Below, in pieces: positions 38,740 through 52,599 of a stretch of DNA of 64,000 bases. Under the pieces are notes generated by a model. It saw only the letters and a list, made by a program, of their open reading frames with translations, did no database searches and was not told the origin of the DNA. This stretch comes from Octopus sinensis (Eukaryota), in assembly GCF_006345805.1 (NCBI RefSeq), contig NC_043012.1, positions 14,818,001-14,882,000 of the forward strand. Direction: 5' to 3'. Position numbers and translations under genes: made by a program. How positions within the stretch are numbered: the first letter of the stretch is position 1; each line of letters begins with the position of its first letter.

Positions 38740-41700
38740 ATATATGTGTGTGTGTATATATGTGTGTATATATTTGTATATATATGTGTGTGTGTATATA
38801 TGTGTGTGTGTGTGTATATACATGCTTGTGTGCGATTATGTGTATATATGTTTCTGTATATGTGTGTATATATATGTGTATATGTATGTGTGTTTATATA
38901 TATGCACAGACACACACACACGTGTGTGTATGCTTGTTTGTATACATGTAGGTGTATGCGTACGCGTGCATACATGTATGTGAATGCACTTGTATATAAG
39001 TAAACCTAGGTGAATATATATACACGCGTTTAAGGGTGTATGTCTACGTGGGCTTTCGTTTGTGCGAGAATTGTATATAAGTGTATAAAATCTCTCTCTA
39101 CATATTTCAGTCGTGTTATGGGGTATCCAGTTCAATTTCTATCATTAGTTTAGTGTTTAGCGGTAATTAATAAAACCTGGATGTTTTTGTACGAAGCCTT
39201 GTTAACTATTTTCTTTAATATTAATAAATATGTTAGTTACAAACAGTAAGAGAAGCTAAATTTGCTATTATTATTATTGTTTGACTTTTGTGGCTCCAAG
39301 TCTCATCCAGGGACCTCAAGAGGCAACAGGTTGGAAGTTCGTGTTGGTGTTATGCCGAGAGTGCCATATATTTGGTTTTGTATTTAGTGTATATTATTAT
39401 TATTATTATTGTTGTTGTTGTTGTTATATTCTACCGAGGGTAACTTTGCTTTTTTAACTTTTCTGGAGTCGATAAAATTAGTACTTTTATTGAATTGAGT
39501 ATATGTGTTTTCATTGTTAGGTTTATATATTGTAATTGACTAGCTCCCCCCCTTCAACATTTCAGGCCTTGTGCCTAAAATAGGAAGAATTGTCAATTAT
39601 CTGATTATTTATTGTAAAGGCTTGTTTTAATCCTTTAAAAGTTTCGGACTCTGTGCTTTATGACACCTTCACCTTTTCTTATACTTCGTTATTTTGTCAA
39701 TACTCTTTCGAGTTCAGATCCTGTCGAAAATACCAACTTTCTGTCTTCTGGGATCGATCAAATAAAATACCACCGGCCAAGTAATGTGCTCGATAATAAT
39801 AATCTGTTAAACTTTACGGTGATCTTACGGTACTCGTATCGAAATCTAGCCACATTTACACCAAATGTGAGACCTTGTGCTTGTCTAAGGAATTCTTCAT
39901 TTAACCACCGTCACCGCAGTCCTTTCCAGTCCAGAGTCGCCAGGACTTTTATTCCTAATCTTCAGGGCTGCGTTTCTCAAACTTTTTTTGCCCAAAACTC
40001 TAAGAATTCTACAATGTAATAAATACATGATTTATAAAATGAAACCAGTAAAATATTTTTTTTTAAAATGGGGCATAATAATACAACTGTGCTCCGCCGA
40101 CTCATAGCTTTTAGAAAATGTATATTTTGTAATGAAATTTTCTACAAATATCTTTTAGATGGTGTAAATTACGATAACTTAGAAATTTGAAAAAAAAGAA
40201 AAGAAAAAGGAAAATAATCGCTGGGTGCGCACACAGGCATTACTGACACATCTTACATATATATTTACAAAATTAAATTTGAAACTTTGAAAAATTGTGA
40301 TGTGTCAGTTTGTATATTTTTTTAAATAATATTAAACTTGATATAATTGTAATTATTACCATCTGGGACTTATTTGTAGAAAATTTCATAAAAAAAATAT
40401 CCATTCTTCTGAAAGTTATAAGAAGCCAAAGTCTTGCGGGTATATACTTGGGTAGGTATGCCAAAAATTGACTAAAATGGTGTGTGTGAGGGGATATCTT
40501 GTTTTGCGTAATTCAGTTGTAAAGCTTTTCGAAAAAAGCGATAGTCGCAATTTAAAATTAAGCATGGCATGCTTGTATGGTAAGATGTTTCCTTCTCAAT
40601 CACTTGGTTCCAGGTTCAATCCCACTGCACGGTGCCTTGGGCAAGTGTCTCCTACTATTATAGCATCGGGCTGATTAAGTGGATTTTTGTTGACGGAAAC
40701 TGAAAGAAGCCCATCGTGTGTGTGTTTGTGTTTGTTCACCGCCACTACTTGACAACAAGTGTTAGTATGTTTACGTCCCCGTAACTTAGCGGTTCGGATA
40801 AAGTAACCAATAGAATAAGTACTAGGCTTACAAAGAATAAGTCCTGGGGTCGATTTGCTCGACTAAAGGTGGTGCTCCAGCATGGCCACAGTCAAATGAC
40901 TGAAACAAGTAATAAGAATATATAAATGTGAAAGTTATATTTTTTTCTCTTTTGGTTTCACATTTGGTGGTGGATCTCTGTCATTTGGTGATGAGATCTC
41001 TGTTGCTTGTCCAACTGAATGCGTAAGTGGCTGCATTCCGTAGACAAATGCACTCTTAATGTAATTGTCAGGAAGAATCCGTGTGACAAGGCTGTACAAT
41101 CTGAATTACAGGTTCAATCCACCTGACTGGCTTCTATAGTTTCTGTCAACCCAAGGCAGTGAAATGACATTCACTTTACTCTTTTACTTGCTTCAGTCAT
41201 TTGACTGTGGCCATGCTGGAGCAAATCGACCCCAGGACTTATTCTTTCTAAGCCTAGTACTTATTCTATCGGTTTCTTTTGCCGAACCGCTAAGTTACGG
41301 GGACGTAAACACATCACCATCGGTTGTCAAGCGATGTTGGGGGGACAAACACAGACACACAAACATATACACACATATATACGACGGGCTTCTTTCAGTT
41401 TCCGTCTACCAAATCCACTCACAAGGCTTTGGTTGGCCCAAGGCCATAGTAGGAGACACTTGCCCAAGGTGCCACGCAGTGGGACTGAACCTGGAACTAT
41501 GTGGTTGGTAAGCAAGCTACTTACCACACAGCCACTCATTCACTCATGCTTCACCTACTCCACAGTTTTGCACCATCATCATAATTATCTAACAAGTGTT
41601 TTCTGTATTTGCATGGGTTGAATGGTCCAACAGGATGTGACAAATCTGAGGACTGCAGCATGGCTCCACTGCCTTCTTTGGAATGGTTTCTGCAGCTGAG

Positions 41701-44516
41701 TGTTCTTCCTAACACCAACTACTTTACATTAAATGAGGTGGCGAGCTGGCAGAAACATTAGCAAGCTGGGTGAAATGCTTAGCGGTATTTCGTCTGCCGC
41801 TACGTTTTGAGTTCAAATTCTGCTGAGGTTGACTTTGCCTTTCATCCTTTCAGGGTCGATAAATTAAGTACCAGTTACGCACTGGGGTCAATGTAATCGA
41901 CTTAATCCCTTTGTCTGTCTTTGTTTGTTCCTTGTATGTTAGTTAGTTAATTTTTTGGCTCAAAAGCAAAAAGCAAGGCCATGTAGGGGGACATGGAGTT
42001 AAGTACAGGGTGGTGTTCATGTAAAGAGTTCAGGCCACTTGAGGCCAAGGGAGACTTTGAACAAAGCAGTCGTCGGCATCTTCACCATCTCGTCTGGCAG
42101 CTTGTTCCACAGATCCGCAACCCGGACGGAGAAAGCTCCTCTCCTTCGATTGAGATGAAATCGTCGCAGGTAGAGCTTTTCGGAATGTTTAGCCCCTTGT
42201 GGGCAATAAAGAAATGAGATGCTTTTTTTTTTTATTATTACATCAGTACTAGTAGGGTTACTTTGCAATCTGCAAGACTGAGGGCTTAAAGTGGGCCCCT
42301 ATAACTGCAGAAGACTAAATTCTGGGTGTTAGTATGGCAGGGGAAGGGGAAGCAACGTTAGCATTGAATTAGTGAGAAAGGGTGAGACTGAGTGGTAAAA
42401 GGGGTTGTACAGTGATGATGGCCATGGCTATCCTTCATTATAAGGGCAAGATAAAAGCAGAAGGTATGAAGAAAAGGGTGACAAGATAGGAAGAAATAAA
42501 CGAGGAAGTTAATTTTCAGCCTGAAATCTGTTCTATAAATATACTTTATTTTTTAAGAAAATAGAAGTTGACAATCCAGATTAGTTGTAACAAAAGCCTA
42601 TAAAAATTAAATTACTTTCTATAAATATTTACATTCTTCTTGTGAACTTAACCACAAATTAGTCTGGGACAGCTTTTGAATTTTTATTTCAGAGTAGTAT
42701 CACAGGAATTAAGGAATCCACTTTTGGTTAATTTTAAACTTTTTCCTCAATTTCTGTTTTTACACGACTTGGATTTCTCATCTACAGTTTGATGGCTTTG
42801 AATGAAATGGGGGAAAAAAATAGTCATTAATTTTTTTTTATTTATTCCCAAGAGGTGTTCTTGAATTGTAACAAAAAAAATGTTGTATAAGTCTATTTTG
42901 GAATAAATTTCTAATGTTATTGGCAGTGGTGGTTATTGCTTTTGACAGTAAAATGGAATTTTTTTTGTTTGGTAGATTTCTGGGAGCACTATAACTTATT
43001 GCCTATAAATTGTGCTGTCGGCATTTTAGCTTAATATTATTTGCTGAAGATTTACTCTGTACACTTTGCTGTGCAAATTAAAAAACAAAAATGTTTTTAA
43101 TCTGTAAGAAAAGTGAACATTTAAACTTTGATCTATGATTTATTATATGGTTTATTAAAGGCTATCAACAGAAAAGTTTACTGTTCTACAAACTACAGTG
43201 TGTCATAAAGACTTTTTAACTGGTTTTTGTGACTGAGTGATGGATAAATCTCTCTGGATAAGATGGTAGTATTTTGCCAGTAACATTCTATATGTAATAC
43301 CTATTTCCATACCATCTTGATGCAGTCTCAGCTTTGCTGGGCAGGGCATGTAGCTTGCATGTCAGACGATCGATTACCAAAAAGATTGCTCTTTGGTGAG
43401 CTACAAAAGGGATAGCACTCACAAGGCAGCCAGAAGAAGTGCTTTAAGGACACACTGAAAGCCTTCAACATCGACCATGACACTTGGGAGCATTCTGCTC
43501 TAGACAGAGAAGGGTGGCGATCAGCTTTCCACAAGGGTGCCAACACATGCAGAAGACCACAGACAAGCCAGGAAGAACAGAGCTAACAACCCTGTAGCAG
43601 GCGCTACCATTCCCTGTCCACACTGTCAAAGACTCTTTCGGGTGCAGATTGGCCTCGCTAGCCATCTGCAGACTCACAAAACAAGCCCACCCACGCCCCA
43701 GGATGACTTGATGGTCTTCGTCGCATCGATGGACAAACTACACCTATTTCCAACATGATAGATGACCCGTAAGAGGGTCAGTTTGTCTGGGCTAATAATT
43801 CTAACCTTTCTAATGTTTTAGTGAAACTGTTTCTCTCGACAACCCTTGTCACATAATTTACCTAACAACATCATTGTCATCATCATCATTACAAACACCA
43901 TTACTTTTCAGTTTTTTTTCTTTTTGTGTCATCCATGCTGTCATGGGTTGCATACAACACAACAATAATCACTCAATCAATCTTTATCTGTTGTTATTTC
44001 ATCTATAAACCTCTTCAAGTTTGTTGTACTTAATCTGATTACCCAGGGTTACATCAGTTTGTCCATCATAAGAGCTGATTGCTTCCAGCCTTTGGCTTTT
44101 CTAAAGCTAAAATAAATGACACTGCTTATATTTTGCCCAGCTATTAGATTCTTCTTTTATGTTTAATGCATAGAGTGTTAAAAAGCTATTTTGAAAGAAA
44201 TTTAGACATATTTTGATATTAATCTGACCTCATCAGCAAAACATAGCCATCACTGGCTGTACTTGGCAGAGTAGTGATAAAAGAAACACTAAGTAAATAC
44301 ATACAGAAGTGTTAAGACCAATCCTTCTGGGTGTAAAGTACCCATGGCAGTGCCACATAAAACGTCTGTGTGGTGCCATGTAAAAGTGTTTGTGTAAAAG
44401 TGTTTGTGTGGTGCCTGTGCAGCAACACAAAAAAGTGTCAATGTGGCAACACATAAAAGTGTCCATGTGGTGACATGACAAAATGTCCATATGGCGACAT
44501 GTAAACACTATCAGCT

Positions 44517-44555
<39 letters not shown>

Positions 44556-45658
44556 CAGGGGTTGGACAAAATAATGGAAACACCTTAAAATTTCAAACAA
44601 ATTAATTTTAATATAGGGTAGGACCGCCTTTGGCAGTAATTACAGCTTGAATTCTATGAGGTATGGACTCGTACAAAGTTTGAATTGTTTCCAAAGGAAT
44701 TTTTGTCCATTCTTCACCTAAAACAGTCTCCAGTTCCTGTAGTGATGATGGTGGAGGATATCGACTCCTTACTTGTTTTTCTAAAATGCACCATAAATGT
44801 TCAATAATATTGAGATCTGGGGACTGTGGTGGCCAGGTAAGATGCTCAACTTCACTAGAATGTTCCTCGTGCCATTCAGTAACAACTTTAGCTGTGTGAA
44901 TTGGTGCATTATCATCCTGAAAGAATGTGATTCCCTCCGGAAACAGTTCTGCAACCATAGGAGTCTTGACTATTAATTCTGCCAGAAAAGGAAACCGTTG
45001 GGTCGGCAGATTTCCAAGATATAGTCCCCCAGATCATCACAGATCCTCCTCCATGTTTAACAGTTGGAAGAAGACAGTCTGGGTCAAATGCTTCTTTTGA
45101 CTGTCTTCACACGTATACTCAGCTGGTGGTAGGAAATAAGGTGAAGGATGACTCATCCGAGAAAATAACATTCTTCCACTGCTCTAGGTACCAATTCTGT
45201 AGGTTTTTACTCCACTGTAAATGCTTTGCAATGTTTGTTTTTGAATGTAGTGGTTCCTGATTGCAGCCCTCCCATGAAATACAGCTTTGTGCAGTTCTTG
45301 GCAAAAAGTTTTTGTGGAAACTGGGTTCTCAAGGTGGTCATTAAGTTCTGCAGTAATTTTGGGAGCTGTACTTCTGTGATCCTTTATAACAGTTTGCATA
45401 AGAGTCTGACGGTCCCTATCTGAAAATTTTGGTTTTATTTTGAAGTTTTGTTTCGACAAGGAGGTTTTTCCCTCTTTCTCAAAGGCTGTCATTACTTTCA
45501 GGACAGTACTTCTTGATACACCAAACTTTTTAGCTGTTTTCGTTATGCTAGCGCTATGGGTTCAGTCCCATTGCACAACACTTTCAACAGTGTCTTCTAC
45601 CTTGTGCTTACTAATGAATAGTAATTGAATTTGGTAGATGGAAACTGGTAGAAGTCTG

Positions 45659-45728
<70 letters not shown>

Positions 45729-45899
45729 GGCACAGGCGTGGCTGTGTGGTAATAAGAAGCTTCTTTCAAAAACCACATTGTTCCAGGTTCAATCCCACTG
45801 TCTGGCACCTTGGGTAAGTGTTATCTACTACAGCCTCAGGCTGACCAAAGCCTTGTGTGTGGATTTGGTAGACGGAAACTGAAAGAAGCTTATTGTATG

Positions 45900-45934
<35 letters not shown>

Positions 45935-46770
45935 ATCTGTTCCACCCACAGCTTTACAATTGGTACTGATTTATTTGTGACCCTGTAACTTAGCAATTCA
46001 ACAAAAGAGAGATAAAACATGTATTGTATCTAAAAAGAAACAATTTGTTTGACAAAGCCCTTCAATGTAGTGCCCCAGCATGGCCACAGTCCAGTGACAA
46101 ATACGCTGATACTCTCTCTAGCAATATGCTAATGATTTTAAAATTCAATTGTTCTCTAAATTTGAATATTAAAAAAGAAAATTGTTGCAAGTGCTTCTAA
46201 GGGTCTTCTCTGTGTAACTGCTTTGTTTAGGGTAAACACTTGTGCGCTGAGTGTGCTGCTGTATTTCATCTCCAAATTCCAGAATTGATGTCTCATCAGG
46301 TGGTGAAACAATTTTGTAGATGTTTTGGCCCCTTTCGCTGTGACACCAGAACTGCTTCGGGTGATAAAACTCCCACAAAATAGCATTTGTTTGTTTTAAT
46401 CCTACTTGTTGTCCAGACACCATTCTCACTCGGCAAGCCCAGTACAGGGCCTGCATACCTGCTGACCACTTCATAGTAAGTAGGTAGCCCAGGATTACAT
46501 GGTTACCAGTGGCAGATTTCCGACAGTATGAGATAGAACTTGTTCTGACCTTTCAATAAACTAAATCTTCCTTATTTGGAATAGGTTTATTTTATTCAGA
46601 ATCTGTTTATAAGTAATTTGTAAATGTATCCATTCTGTTCTCTATTTTATTGAGAAACTGGTTGATGTGGTTTATTAGTTAAAATGGTTGGTAGCATTGT
46701 TTTTTGCTGATGGGAGGACAAAATAGAGGTTTCTGATATCTATTTCCAGCACGACCTCATACCACACTGC

Positions 46771-46820
<50 letters not shown>

Positions 46821-47299
46821 ATCACACCACATCACCGGCCACTATGCAACCACATTACTATTGTTAGTACAATGTAATTATGTTATACTATTTCAACTTT
46901 TGTCATTAACATTTTCGGTCACAGACAGAATGGTGTGGAATTATTTATAAATGTGATTTATTTATGCAATGACTATTTAGACCATTCTCTTCCTCTAATC
47001 AGCTGTTCTACTTCAATTAACATTTACCTAATTATAAAACTATACAATTGTCAAGCATGTTGATTGTGATGGGAAGAGTATTCTGTGGAAGAAGAAGAAA
47101 AAAAAGGAAAAACAAACAATTCCAACTTTACTATTTTCTTTTTATTATTAAAAATAAATTCCATTCACCTAATATAAAGCAAATTCTATTTTTAAAAAGC
47201 CTAGCTTTTATGATTCTCTGTGAAATATTTGTGATAGGATTTTTAAAAAATCTATGAGTAGACATTTTGTAGAAACCACACATAATTTAAGGATGAGCT

Positions 47300-47370
<71 letters not shown>

Positions 47371-50300
47371 TTTTACTAGATTTGTTCTTTTTATATTGGC
47401 AGTTATATTGTTATGTATAGTTGTACAGTGATATCAATTTGAAATGTTGAAGGTTTCTGAAGAAAATTGGAAATTCTGAAACCTTTCACCAAATTTCTAT
47501 TATCGTAGAAATAAAATCTCTTTCAGCATAGCCAGATAAGAAAGGGGAGCACTGACGAATGTTTGTAGGATTTGTTGAGACAAGAGAGAGAAAGAAAAAA
47601 GAGAATTGTATTTCATACCAACACATTTTGTTTTTATCAAATATTGATTTTATAGCATGTATTTTTAGCATGTGCAATTTTGTCATATGCATCTGCCTAT
47701 ATATGTGTGATACACTGTTTGTAAAATGTCCTTGAATGATTAAAATGAAAATTAATTCATGTATATACTGCAGTCTTGTTCCTTGTTATCTGAAGAGAGA
47801 GAGAGAGAGGACAGAGTCTAGAATGGAGATGCTGATCTCTAAAAGTACTTCTGACTAGGAGAAATTAAAACCATAACACAACACCATTATACTAAATGAG
47901 CACAAAATGTGTTACTATAAAATACTTTGTTATAACAAGGAAAGAAGAATTGGTAACTTTCTGGTTAAATAACTGGCACTCTGTTGATTATGATGATGAT
48001 GGTTCCAGTTGATCTGATCAGTGGAACAGCCTGCTCATGAAATTAATGTGCAAGTGGCTGAATACTCCACAGACACAGGTACCCTTTAATGTAGTTCTCG
48101 GAGACTTAGTATAACATAGTGTGACAAGGTTGGCCCTTTGAAGTACCGGTACAACTCATTTTTGCCAGCTCAGTTGACTGAAGCAACATGAAATAAAGTG
48201 TCTTGCCCAAGGACACAATGCATAGCCAAGTATTAAATTCATGGTCTTATGATTATGAGCCGAATAACCTAATCACCAAGCCAGGCACCTTTCTGGTTAC
48301 TGTAGAGGGAAATATCAAGAAATAATGACTAATAGAAGCTTCCAGATAACCAAGTGGAAAACTTTCTTTACCATTCTTACTCATAAATCTTAATTGTTTA
48401 TCACTTTTCCAAGTGACCTTTCATATCTACTTATTCTTAGACCAACTAAAACTGTTATAAGTTGATGACTTTCAGTTCTTTATGACCTGGTGTTATCTTG
48501 CTTTTGAACCAGTCTTGTTTATTGGCAGCACCTGCTGCAGCATGTGTTGCAGTAAAGGAATATGATAATGGTTTTATATATATATATATATATATATCAG
48601 AAAAGATAATTAGAATAAATGAATGTGTTTACTTAACAACAACATCAATCTCTGTAATGAGGAAAAAGATGAGAGAGTGTGTGTGTGTGTGTGTGAGATG
48701 GTGTGAAGACTTGTATGATGCATTTTATTATTATCTAACCCTCTTACGTATCAAAGTGCAATTCATGATACGTAGATATGATAAGAAAATTCTGTGTTCA
48801 TTTCATGATGAATCAAGTTTGTGACCTGGTTTTAATTTCTCACTTTTCTGATCCTCATTTGCTTTTGTCATCATTGTCCTTGTCAGTTTCATTTTTACAT
48901 CTGTTCTTTTTCATGCTTGCATTTGTTGAGTGAGTATTCTGCTCCACCATAATAACTCTCCTCTTGTTATAATCCTTTGTCATCTCTTTTGTGAGGTTCT
49001 GCCTTCACCATCACTTCCTTCCATGTCTTCCTTTGCCTTCCTCTTCTACAGATTCTTGGATTGCTTGGCACTGTTTTATACAACTGTCATCTTCTATATA
49101 CATCACATGTCTGTACCAGTGCAGTCTCTCTCTTGCACATGTCTTCTGATTCCTCTTTTACTCAGTTTTTCTCCAAACTAATTTGCGCTTGCTTCTTCAT
49201 CCACACCAACATTAAAGATCCAGCAAAGCATCCTTGCCATATTTCTTTTGAGTCTTCACGTTTCACTACGTAACACTTTGTAAACAAGCATCATACAATC
49301 TGCCCTTAACCAAAGATAGAAACCATGGTAACTTTTCTGACACTTCTCTGTGGACGCATTGCTCACTGCTGTTCAGAAAGGATCAATGGGCCATGCTTTG
49401 GCAGTCAGTATTCATACTGAAAACCAAGATCAAGTGAGCTTTTGCCCTTTTACTCGACATGTGATTTCCACATCCACGTTGGGCTTGCCTTGGGACACCT
49501 GAGTTATCATTTGTTGACAGACATACTGCCTCACTCGAACTCTGCGATCAATGCTGTTCTTGACTCATTCCACCTCATTCTTTCTCTACCATGCATTTGA
49601 AAGAATTTTACCATAAGTACTCTGATTGCTAACTATTTATGTGTATCTACTACAAAAGATATCTTTGCTTTCAGTTAGCCCGTTATTTCACTACATATTT
49701 TGTGCATTCATAATTTACATTAATCTTGTAAACCATATGGAATTTCCTACATCCATCTTTTCTGCCTACGAAGCACAGCCAGTTCCCAGATAGCAGTAGA
49801 GTCTGGTCTTCTTTCTTATTAACCCTTTTGTTAGCATTTTTCTATCGACATACTCTGTCTTTACTTTAATTTTAAAGATAATGAAGAATTTAATAAAATA
49901 ACTTAGTCATTATCAATTGGTGTTTGGATCATAAATTAACACTAAGTTCTGATGGAAGATTTTAATTCAGGACTCTTGAAAACAAGATATTTTGTACCAC
50001 AGAGCCAGGCAGGTTGGTATCAAAAGGGTTAATTAAAACTTTTATTCTTTGCTAGATTTATTTTAGGCTTCTTGTTTTCAGGTTTTACTTCCACATTTGG
50101 AATTTCTTCTCTAAATCTGAGAATTGGATTTTTGGCATATATAAGTTCCCATATACAGGTGGTCTTGCATTAATTTTTTTTTTTTTTTCGTGACCTGGTA
50201 CAAACAAGTAACTGCACACTAAATTCATCATTGTCAACTTTCATGTTACTAACGCATTTCCCCACATGACTTCTATGGCCTCACAAGCTGTTCATCTATG

Positions 50301-52563
50301 CTTACTTTTATTTGAGACCACTGGACTACTGAATACAGTACTCTGTCAAAAGTCTTCTCTAGTTCAATGAATGCCAGGCATAATGGGTTGTTCGTAGCTA
50401 AGAACTTCTGTAGTTTTCTCACTAAAAGGACATCAATAGTTCTTCATCATAGCACAAATTGCATCTTATCTAAGATAATTTTTGTAAAATACATTATTAT
50501 TATTGCCCCTGTTGGGTCAAGTGAAATTGGAATTGAAATTGAACCAATCCTATGCCTGGCACCCAGCAGTTGCCAGTGCCACTGGACTGACTCCTGTGCA
50601 GGTGGCAAGTAAAGAAACACTGTTTCGACCCTGTGCTTGAGGAGACCTATTGAGTCATGTACATCAACATCAAAATCAATGGAAATTGTAGTTGTGATCC
50701 CTGTGATCCCTGTGCCGGTGGCACGTAAAAAGCACCTTCCGAACGTGGCCGATGCCAGCGCCACCTTGACTGGCTTCCGTGCCAGTGGCATGTAAAAAGC
50801 ACCCACTACACTCACGGAGTGGTTGACATTAGGAAGGGCATCCAGCTGTAGAAACACTGCCAGACCAGACTGGAGCCTGGTGCAGCCTTCTGGCTTCCCA
50901 GATCCCGGTCGAACCGTCCAACCCATGCTAGCTTGGAAAACGAGAAAGAAGAAATCCTACTCTGCATGGAATTACAAGGTCAGTTCCACCGTGCAACTAA
51001 CCACTTAAAAGACCCGGAAGCATTATGGAGGTGGCTCAGCAAGGGTGACCGAAAAAAGAAGGTTGATAAGCCAACTATTTACCACACAGCCACTCCTGCG
51101 CCTATATTTAAGATTTTCTTTACATGTCTTATGTAAGCTCTATAAAGAGAAGGTTGACTATATGTGTGTGTGTGTGTGTGTGTAAATGTGGTTTGAATAT
51201 TTGGAAAAAACTGCTTGGAAGGATTAAGAAAAGTTTCAGTCGCTGGAATGTTGACCAACAAGAGGAAAAAGTGTCTTTCCTTTATACCAAGTTTCTGAGA
51301 CCAAGTGAGAAGTAAATACAATGTCTTCTATCTGGAGCTGTTGATGCTTCCTCAGTAAGTTTCTTGGGAGTTGTGTTCTGTTCATTGGAGAGTGTGGATA
51401 GAAAGAGCGAGCAAAATATGCAATAATTTCTTTGAATATTATTATACGTTGATTCCAGTTCCTGCACTTTGATTTTGGACTCTAATAACTTGCCCAAGGA
51501 AACTGTTTCCATTGGTTTTCTGCAACAGGCTGTGAGAATATGGAAAGGTCAACTGTAGGTTTAAAAACAGAAGTTGTTTGTTTTTCCTCATTAAGCTAAT
51601 TGCAGAAGACCAAGCATCATTGGAATCTAGTTCCTAATCATCTGACTTGATTGCTTTGCAACAGAGGATGGTATTATTTGACATCTATGTATCAAATGTT
51701 GGTTTTCACAAGAATCTTAAGTGAAAATCTCCAACCTGAAGCATAATTAGAATGTATCTAATGATAATTGAGATATCAAATGAAAGTATTAAGCAACAAC
51801 ATCTTAAAGAAGGTTCAATACCATAATTTCCAAATTATGACCATTCTAATAAAAACACTCTTCATTATGAAAGAACTAAAAATAAATAAAAGACACCCAC
51901 CCCTCCTTTAATGTAGGAGCTGGATGGGGCAAAATCATTAGCATGCCAGACAGAATGCTTAGTGGCATTTCTTCTGGTTTTACGATCTGAGTTCAAATTA
52001 AGGCGGAGAGCTGGTAGAAACGTTAGCACGCCGGGCGAAATGTGTAGCTGTATTTTGTCTGCCGTTACGTTCTGAGTTCAAATTCTGCCGAGGTTGACTT
52101 TGCCTTTCATCCTTTCAGGGGGTCAATAAATTAAGTACCAGTTATGCACTGGGGGTCAAAGTAATCGACTTAATACCTATGTCTGTCCCCTCTATGTTTA
52201 TCCCCTTGTGGGTAATAAAGAAATAGGTCTGAGCTCAAATGCCACTGAAGTTGATTTTTGCCTATCTTCTTTCGGGATCAATGAAATAAGTACTAGTCAA
52301 TCACTGGGTTCAATGTAATTGATATTAGCCTTGTCCCCACCAAAATTTCAAGGCTTGTGCTTAGAGAAGAAAGGATTCTTATTATTATTAGACAATAAGA
52401 AGAGCACAATGCAATTGTAATATATTTATTTAAAGGTTTGAATGATATTTCAACAGTTCGTCTGTCTTTTTCAAGTCAACTTGCAAAAGACAGATGAGCT
52501 GTCAAAATATCATTCAAACTTATCTATTTACCTTTGTGAAGAGTTATGTCAATCTTTATAGAA

Positions 52564-52599
<36 letters not shown>

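Noticed and set aside
46255-46305. CTGATGA..GAAA on the minus strand
   Set aside because: Stem II closing pairs and the stem I/III geometry of a hammerhead cannot be formed
46922-46955. Alternative exon TEWCGIIYK giving a SET-domain-like IPADHFITEWCGIIY
   Set aside because: Very weak donor, spacing does not fit the SET motif, and no NHSC motif found downstream
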